Shown here piece after piece: positions 57,748-64,000 of a stretch of 64,000 nucleotides of DNA (positions are counted from its first letter, which is position 1; the number at the start of each line of letters is the position of its first letter). The DNA lies in the NCBI GenBank assembly GCA_963828165.1, contig CAWHDR010000001.1, positions 1,440,001 to 1,504,000 on the forward strand, in the 5' to 3' direction. Both the position numbers and the translations under genes were made by a program. The notes below the pieces were generated by a model. The model made no database searches, was not told the DNA's origin, and was given only the letters and a program-made list of their open reading frames with translations. The DNA is from an uncultured Chloroflexia bacterium. GTDB taxonomy: Bacteria; Chloroflexota; Limnocylindria; Limnocylindrales; CSP1-4.

Positions 57748-57776
57748 ACGACGAACGGGCAACGCCGAAATCGACA
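57748..57776 (-). promoter_or_regulatory. Putative ECF42-type promoter of the VOC gene
   Basis: TGTCGATTTCG-N7-CCGTTCGTCGT on the minus strand. Confidence 0.7.
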
Positions 57777-57905
57777 TCCCGCGATTCGATCACCGCGAGG
57801 GGTTTCTGAGCAGACGCGGGCGAGGGCGCGAGCGCCGGTATCATTGGGGAAACCTCCCGCCATACGACCGGCCTCGGGCTCGAGGCTGCCAGGAGAGCCC
57901 CACCG

Positions 57906-58961
57906 TTGGACCTGATCGTCCTGTTCATCGCGCTCGTCGTCATCCTGATCGGCGCGGAGCTGTTCACCAACGGGATCGAGTGGTTCGGTCGCTCCCTGAA
58001 CCTGGCGGAAGGAGCGGTCGGCTCCGTGCTCGCCGCGGTCGGCACCGCGCTCCCCGAGACCCTGATCCCGATCATCGCGATCGTCTTCGCGACCGGCGCT
58101 TCGTCCGATGAGATCGGCGTCGGCGCGATCCTCGGGGCCCCGTTCATGCTCTCGACGCTGGCGATGTTCGTGACAGGTGTCGCGATCCTGGCCTTCCGGC
58201 GCCGCCGCGCGACGGGCGGCGAGCTACGCATCGACGCGGGCGTGCTCGCCCACGACATGCGCTACTTCGCGATCGCCTATGGACTCGCCATCGGATCCGC
58301 GTTCCTGCCGCAGGAACCGGCCTGGATCCGCTGGATCGCCGCGGCTGGCCTGATCGGGATCTACGCCTGGTATGTGCGAGGCCACCTGCGTGCCGATGCT
58401 CCCGAGGAGGAAGAGGAGCTCGCCCCGCTGCGGTTCCGGCGCGTCGATGTCCGAGCCCACCGCAACGATCCCGCGATCCCTCGTCTGCGCGCCATCAACC
58501 TGCAGGTGCTGGTCGCCCTCGGCTTCATCATCGTGGGCGCCGTCTTCTTCGTCGACGCGGTCGAGCATCTCGCATCGTCGATCGGCGTCAGCGAGGTGCT
58601 CCTCGCGCTCGTGATCGCGCCCGTGGCGACCGAGCTTCCCGAGAAGTTCAATTCGATCATCTGGGTGCGCCAGAACAAGGACACGCTCGCGATGGGCAAC
58701 ATCACGGGCGCGATGGTCTTCCAGTCGTGCATCCCGACCGTGGTCGGCCTGGTGCTCGCATCGGAAGCGTGGACGATCCGCGAGGGGTCGTACACGGCGT
58801 TCGCATCCGCCGGGATCGCGTTCGCTGCGTCGGCGGCGATCTTCCTGCCCATGGTGCGGCGGGGCGGGCTCCACGGCCGCCACCTACTGATCGGCGGCGT
58901 GTTCTATCTCGCCTATCTCGCCCTGGTGGTCGTGGTCGTGAGCGGCAGCGTACCCGCCTGA
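57906..58961 (+). CDS. Sodium/calcium exchanger (CaCA) family antiporter
   Basis: GTALPE and ATELPE alpha repeats, GNITGA. Confidence 0.92.
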   Translation: MDLIVLFIALVVILIGAELFTNGIEWFGRSLNLAEGAVGSVLAAVGTALPETLIPIIAIVFATGASSDEIGVGAILGAPFMLSTLAMFVTGVAILAFRRRRATGGELRIDAGVLAHDMRYFAIAYGLAIGSAFLPQEPAWIRWIAAAGLIGIYAWYVRGHLRADAPEEEEELAPLRFRRVDVRAHRNDPAIPRLRAINLQVLVALGFIIVGAVFFVDAVEHLASSIGVSEVLLALVIAPVATELPEKFNSIIWVRQNKDTLAMGNITGAMVFQSCIPTVVGLVLASEAWTIREGSYTAFASAGIAFAASAAIFLPMVRRGGLHGRHLLIGGVFYLAYLALVVVVVSGSVPA

Positions 58962-59065
58962 TAACGCGCACACACCCGCTGGGCTAACAGCATCACGGCC
59001 GCGGTCCCGTACGAATCGGTCATGGCGTGACGCACACCCGACCTCGGTACGGTGCAGTTCACCGT

Positions 59066-61609
59066 ATGTCACCGCACCTCACTCTCCCGGCCACGCTTCG
59101 ATCTGCCGTCCGCGGCCGTCCTCGTCCGGGCCTCCGCACGGTCGTCGTTGCCCCCGCGGTCGCGGTCATCGTCGGCATGGCGATCGTGGTATCGAACAGC
59201 GTCGCCGATGAGCTTCGTCGCAGCGCGACGGAGTCGGCGGTCCACAGCGTCGAAGCGATCGTGCGCGGCTACGTGGACCCATCGCTACAGGAAACGAGCC
59301 TCGACCTCGGGGCGCCTGTGGACCCAGCGATCGACGCCCAGCTCGAGCAGCTGACGCTGTCAGGCGAGATCCGCCGGATCAACATGTGGTCGCGGGACGG
59401 TCGCATCGTCTATTCGAGCGCCCCACAGCTCCGCGGCCGGCGCTTCTCGATCGGATCCACGATCGCGAGCGCCTACTCCGGCGAGAGCAGCGCGCGCTAC
59501 GCCGATGAGGGCGGGGCGGGCGAAGGGAACGACGGAGCCGACGAGGCGGTCGAAGGGGTTGCCCCGATGTCCGGTCATTTCCTCGAGCTGTACGTCCCGA
59601 TCCGGGGTGCCGTCGACGGAAACCCGATCGGCGTCTACGAGCTGTACCAGGACGCCCGGCTCATCGAACAACGCATCGACGGCACGAGATCCGGCGTGTT
59701 CATCGTCGCGATCGTGGCTTCGACCTTGTTGGTCGCCCTCCTCTGGCTCGCCTTTGGCGGCGCATCGCGGGTGCTCGCAGGTCAGAACCGCCGCCTCCAG
59801 GAGCAGGCCACGACCGAGCGACTCCTGCTCGTCGACATGCAACGCAAGGAGGAGCGATTCCGATCGCTCGTCCAGAATGCATCCGACGGGGTCGTCGTGT
59901 TGGGCGAGGATGGGCTGATCCGCTACGAGAGCCCGGCCGTCGAACGCATCCTCGGGCGACACGCGGGGGAGCGGGTCGGCCAACCGGTCGGCACCGACAT
60001 CCATCCCGACGACCGCGTCTCCGTGGAGCGCGGGTTGGCTGACGTCGCGGCCGCGGGCGGTTCCGAGGCCCGGGCGGAGTTCCGCGCCCGCCACGCCGAC
60101 GGCTCGTGGCGAACACTCGAGGCGATCGCCAAGAACCTCCTCGACGATCCAGCGGTGGGCGGCGTGGTCGTCAACTACCGCGACATCACCGAGCGCAAGA
60201 TCCTCGAGGAACAGCTCCGTCACCAGGCGTTCCACGACGTCTTGACCGGCCTCGAGAACCGCTTCCTGTTCCTCGATCGACTCGGTCACGCGCTGGCTCG
60301 GGCCGGCCGCGGGGGGCGACCGACCGCCGTCCTCTTTCTGGACCTCGACGATTTCAAGGCGGTCAACGACCGGCTCGGTCACGCCGAGGGCGACAAGCTG
60401 CTCGTGGCCGTCGCGCAACGGCTCAAGATCGTCACTCGCGACAGCGACACCGTCGCCAGGCTCGGTGGCGACGAGTTCGCGATCATCGTCGAGGAGACCG
60501 ATCCAGCGGAAGCCGAACAGGCCGCGGCTCGCATCCTCGCGACCCTCACGCCTCCCTTCGAGCTCGGGGAGCGACCGATCGCCGTTCGCGTGAGCATCGG
60601 GATCGCGATGCAATCGATCGACGGCGCTGACGCCGACGAGCTGCTTCGTCGCGCCGACATCGCGATGTACGCGGCCAAGGCCGCCGGCGGCAATCGCCAT
60701 GTCGCCTACGAGCCGCACCTCTACGACGCGACCGTGGCCCGGATGGAGTTGAAGGCCGACCTGCGCGGGGCCCTCGAGCGGGGCGAGCTGCACATCGCCT
60801 ATCAGCCCATCGTCGACCTCGCCACCGCCGAGATCCTCGGCTCGGAAGCGCTCATGCGCTGGAACCACCCGAAACACGGACCGGTCCCGCCGATGGACTT
60901 CATCCCGCTCGCGGAGGAGAACGGACTCATCCTCGAGCTGGGCCGTTGGATCCTCGAGACGGCGTGCCATCAGACCCGGGCGTGGCAAGCGGCCACCGGG
61001 CGCGCGGGGCTGTCGATCAGCGTCAACCTGTCGGGGCGACAGATCCTCGATCGGGACCTGGTCCCGGACGTCCACCGCATCCTGTCCGAGTCAGGCCTCG
61101 CCCCAAGCGCCCTGACCCTGGAGATGACCGAGAGCGTGCTCGTCCAGGATGTGGATGCGACCGTCGCCACACTCGGGGCGCTCAAGGCCATCGGCGTCCG
61201 CCTGGCCATCGATGACTTCGGGACCGGCTATTCGTCCCTCAGTTACCTGCGCCAGTTTCCGATCGACATCCTCAAGATCGACCGGTCGTTCGTCGCGAGC
61301 CTCGATGGCAGCATGGACTCGACTGCGCTCGTTCGCTCCATCCTCGATCTCAGCACGACCCTGCGCCTCGATACCGTGGCCGAGGGCATCGAGGAATCCG
61401 GGCAGCGCGACGTCCTGCGCGACCTCGGCGCCCAACAGGGCCAGGGTTACCTCTTCGCTCGCCCGATGGGGCCCGAGGACCTGGCCGATCTGCTCGCCGG
61501 CGCAGATGCCGCCGGCGACGCGCGAAACGGGTCGTCAACGCCTCCCATGGCGGCAACGCGCACGACCCGGTCCGCTCACCGGAACCCACCCACCGAAGCG
61601 CTCCGCTGA
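59066..61609 (+). CDS. Membrane sensor PAS-GGDEF-EAL protein
   Basis: 2 TM, PAS, RDSD I-site plus GGDEF, EALMRW, DDFGTGYSS. Confidence 0.95.
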   Translation: MSPHLTLPATLRSAVRGRPRPGLRTVVVAPAVAVIVGMAIVVSNSVADELRRSATESAVHSVEAIVRGYVDPSLQETSLDLGAPVDPAIDAQLEQLTLSGEIRRINMWSRDGRIVYSSAPQLRGRRFSIGSTIASAYSGESSARYADEGGAGEGNDGADEAVEGVAPMSGHFLELYVPIRGAVDGNPIGVYELYQDARLIEQRIDGTRSGVFIVAIVASTLLVALLWLAFGGASRVLAGQNRRLQEQATTERLLLVDMQRKEERFRSLVQNASDGVVVLGEDGLIRYESPAVERILGRHAGERVGQPVGTDIHPDDRVSVERGLADVAAAGGSEARAEFRARHADGSWRTLEAIAKNLLDDPAVGGVVVNYRDITERKILEEQLRHQAFHDVLTGLENRFLFLDRLGHALARAGRGGRPTAVLFLDLDDFKAVNDRLGHAEGDKLLVAVAQRLKIVTRDSDTVARLGGDEFAIIVEETDPAEAEQAAARILATLTPPFELGERPIAVRVSIGIAMQSIDGADADELLRRADIAMYAAKAAGGNRHVAYEPHLYDATVARMELKADLRGALERGELHIAYQPIVDLATAEILGSEALMRWNHPKHGPVPPMDFIPLAEENGLILELGRWILETACHQTRAWQAATGRAGLSISVNLSGRQILDRDLVPDVHRILSESGLAPSALTLEMTESVLVQDVDATVATLGALKAIGVRLAIDDFGTGYSSLSYLRQFPIDILKIDRSFVASLDGSMDSTALVRSILDLSTTLRLDTVAEGIEESGQRDVLRDLGAQQGQGYLFARPMGPEDLADLLAGADAAGDARNGSSTPPMAATRTTRSAHRNPPTEALR

Positions 61610-61634
61610 CCCGATCCACCAGAGGTTCACCCCG

Positions 61635-62072
61635 ATGCCCATCCTGACTCCCCATCCGACCATCCGCCGCCTCCACCGACTCGCAGTCGCGGCGGCAACG
61701 ATCGCGATCGCGCTGATTGCGCTGACGGCATGCTCGGCGGCCGCGGAACCGGCGAAGACCGTCACGCTGCAGACCCTCAACGGTTCTGGCGTGACGGGGA
61801 CGGTGACCTTCGGCGCGCTCCGGGAAAAGACGGCGGTCGAGATCGCGGTCGAACCAGGCGGCAATCCGGACATGCCCGCGCACATCCACCCAGGCACCTG
61901 CGACGACCTGACGCCGCAACCGAAGTTCCCGCTGGAAAACGTCCGAAACGGGAGCTCGAAGACGGTCGTGCCCGCCTCGGTGCAAGAGCTGTTTGCCGGT
62001 GGCCTGGCCGTCAACATCCACCGCTCCAATGACGACCTGAAGACGTACACGGCGTGCGTGGATCTCCGATAG
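61635..62072 (+). CDS. CHRD/Cu-Zn-SOD-like lipoprotein
   Basis: LTAC lipobox, PAHIHPGTC, VNIHRS, terminal AC. Confidence 0.75.
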   Translation: MPILTPHPTIRRLHRLAVAAATIAIALIALTACSAAAEPAKTVTLQTLNGSGVTGTVTFGALREKTAVEIAVEPGGNPDMPAHIHPGTCDDLTPQPKFPLENVRNGSSKTVVPASVQELFAGGLAVNIHRSNDDLKTYTACVDLR

Positions 62073-62452
62073 CGCGTCCCTTTTCGCGGCTGCTGCTCAT
62101 CGGTGTCGTCGCGCCGTTGGTCCTTGCGTGTGCTGCTGCCGGCCAAGCCACGAGCACGAGCCCAGGCACGACGCTGAACGTGTCGATCAGGACAGCTGTC
62201 GGTGAGACCACGGCCTTCGATCCGGCCGAGACCGTCGTCGCACCCGGAGCTCCGATCTCGATCACCTTCCGAAACGCCTCGAGCCTTCCGCACAACCTGA
62301 CCTTCACCGGGTTCACCGCGGCGACCAGGACGATCGTGGAACCTGGCACCTCCGATGAGCTGGTCCTTTCGCCGCTCGCCGCCGGCGCGTATCCGTTCGT
62401 CTGCACCATCCACGAGGGCATGGCGGGAATCCTGACGATCCGGGCGACCTAG
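62054..62452 (+). CDS. Cupredoxin (type-1 copper) lipoprotein
   Basis: VLAC lipobox, PHN and CTIHEGM ligands. Confidence 0.88.
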   Translation: MRGSPIARPFSRLLLIGVVAPLVLACAAAGQATSTSPGTTLNVSIRTAVGETTAFDPAETVVAPGAPISITFRNASSLPHNLTFTGFTAATRTIVEPGTSDELVLSPLAAGAYPFVCTIHEGMAGILTIRAT

Positions 62453-62514
62453 CGCATCGGCGGGCCACGCCGCCCGCGACCAAGCCTCGCCCGCGACCTG
62501 GCACGGCCCGCGAC

Positions 62515-63231
62515 CTAGCGCGGAACGGCGGCCTCGGCGAAGGACGCCATATCCGGGAACGTGGCATTCGGCGTGGCGACGGCCTCGGGCGTGGCACCCG
62601 AGCCCGGGCGCCCCTGGCGTCGATCGATCCACACCGTCGTCATCCCGAGGCGCTGCGCCGGGGCGTGGTCGTGAAACAGGCTCTGCGCCACATGAAGGAT
62701 GCGGTCCCGCGGCAGCTCGATGCGCCCGAACGCGGCGAGGAAGCCCCGCTCGGCGGGCTTGTACGAACGGACCTGCTGGGCCGTCACGATCCAGTCGAAT
62801 TCGACGCCCAGCCGCTCGTTCGATGCCGCGAACAGGTCGTCGTCGCAGTTGGTGATCACGCCCAGTCGGTATCGCGACTTGAGCCTGGCCAAGGCCTCGG
62901 CTGAATCGGAGAACGCCGGCCAATCGACCACCGAACCGGAGAAGGCCACCGACTCCTCCGTGGACGGCTCGAAGCCGAGCTCGCCCGCGACCCCCCGGAG
63001 CCCCGCGGCGAGGACGTGCCGGTAGGTCTGGTACGGACCGGCCTCCGCAGCCGCCTCGTATCCGGCGAAGCGTCTGAGCACGTCCTCGTCGTCGATCGAC
63101 GCGTTATGGGCCGCGAGGATCGGACGGAAGGCGTCAGCGAGTCCCGCCTCCCAGTCGATGAGGGTGCCGTAGCAATCGAACGTGAGGGCCTCGAACCGCC
63201 CGTAGTCGAGCCCGGGCCTGGGGTGCATCAT
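62515..63231 (-). CDS. HAD-family hydrolase (haloacid dehalogenase type II-like)
   Basis: TFDCYGTLIDWE, ITNCD, SYKP, HVAQSLFHD. Confidence 0.92.
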   Translation of the reverse strand: MMHPRPGLDYGRFEALTFDCYGTLIDWEAGLADAFRPILAAHNASIDDEDVLRRFAGYEAAAEAGPYQTYRHVLAAGLRGVAGELGFEPSTEESVAFSGSVVDWPAFSDSAEALARLKSRYRLGVITNCDDDLFAASNERLGVEFDWIVTAQQVRSYKPAERGFLAAFGRIELPRDRILHVAQSLFHDHAPAQRLGMTTVWIDRRQGRPGSGATPEAVATPNATFPDMASFAEAAVPR

Positions 63232-63319
63232 GTCTCCGAAGCGCAGGGGGAGTTGCGCCCAAGCATCGCATGACGAAGCCGTGCCGGAACTGGCACCGGC
63301 GTGAGGTCGTCCCGGGCCA

Positions 63320-63727
63320 ATGACCATCAACCGCCGAACATCGTCGCTCCTTGCCGTCATGGTCCTCGCCCTCGCTGCATGTTCTCCTGGCGCCCCATCG
63401 CCGGTGGCCGCACCAGGGACCGGCTTGGCGATCACCGCCCTCGCCGGGCCGACCTGTCCCGTAGAAACGATCCCTCCCGACCCTGTGTGCGCGCCTCGGC
63501 CCGTCGCCGGCGCCACGGTCATCGTCCAGGACGGTCAGCACAAGAGCGTCGCGACCGTCGTCCTTGATGCCAGGGGAGCCGCGGTCGTCGCGCTCCCCGT
63601 CGGCGAGTACGTGGTCCAGCCGCAACGGGTGGCCGGCCTGATGGGCACCGCGGCGGCGACCGATGTCACGGTCGTGGACGGAACGCTGACGCCCGTCGTC
63701 CTCTCGTACGACACCGGGATCCGCTAG
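63320..63727 (+). CDS. Lipoprotein with a carboxypeptidase-regulatory-like beta-sandwich
   Basis: LAAC lipobox, AGPTCPVE..C, LPVGEY, YDTGIR. Confidence 0.8.
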   Translation: MTINRRTSSLLAVMVLALAACSPGAPSPVAAPGTGLAITALAGPTCPVETIPPDPVCAPRPVAGATVIVQDGQHKSVATVVLDARGAAVVALPVGEYVVQPQRVAGLMGTAAATDVTVVDGTLTPVVLSYDTGIR

Positions 63728-63818
63728 ACCGCCCGTTCGTACCAATTCGTGGTGCCGCGGGGCACCGTCGCTAGGTTTGCAAGGTGGCTTGTAAGGGACG
63801 GCGACGTATGCTCCGGTC

Positions 63819-64000
63819 ATGTCGAAATCAAAGGGCGTTGGACGCGGGTTGCTTGACCTTCTGTTGCTGGGCGGGCTGATCGTCCTCGTCGCGATGCCTA
63901 CGCTCGCCGCCGAGCCTTCCACGTCTCCCTCCGCCTCCGCACTACCGTCCGCGACGGCCGCCCCGACCGAGGCGCCGACGGCCGCCCCCACCAACGCCCC
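63819..64000 (+). CDS. 5' part of a secreted protein (runs off the window)
   Basis: ATG 63819, signal-like segment, P/S/T/A-rich linker. Confidence 0.6.
   Translation, partial: MSKSKGVGRGLLDLLLLGGLIVLVAMPTLAAEPSTSPSASALPSATAAPTEAPTAAPTNA

Noticed and set aside
57780-57905. Metal-sensing riboswitch before the CaCA antiporter
   Set aside because: No recognisable yybP-ykoY, NiCo or fluoride consensus.
1-64000. Many long Arg/Pro/Gly-rich overlapping ORFs in the track (e.g. 20238-22760, 4873-6480, 59360-61075)
   Set aside because: They are shadow ORFs typical of high-GC DNA, overlap well-supported genes and carry no motifs.

Overview
High-GC bacterial chromosome segment; gene content suggests Chloroflexota (possibly Limnocylindria-like), which is inference only. 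The left half is mostly housekeeping: tRNA-Glu, lepB, galU, a PASTA kinase, folC-folP-folB, an htrA/two-component module, rplY, LigC plus a LigD-type primase-polymerase, and a YciI/ECF42-type sigma pair. The main findings are: (1) a roughly 16-kb decayed island between tRNA-Thr(CGT) (54193-54267, minus) and a degenerate copy of its 3' part (38245-38289, 37/45 identical). It carries a coproporphyrin-dependent heme operon (hemA, hemC-hemD, hemB, chdC, hemL, hemE, hemH; no hemY) and a tlpA-like/ccdA pair. (2) Two paralogous BldC/excisionase-type HTH regulators with an all-helical C-terminal domain. One heads the heme operon and the other heads an unknown membrane-protein gene, and both have AGATTT-like direct repeats at 10-bp spacing just downstream of their promoters, suggesting an undescribed heme-linked regulatory system. 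Other observations: an ECF42-type promoter shared by yciI and a distant VOC gene, two c-di-GMP enzymes each coupled to surface proteins, frequent leaderless gene starts, several Cys-rich orphan proteins and many gene remnants.
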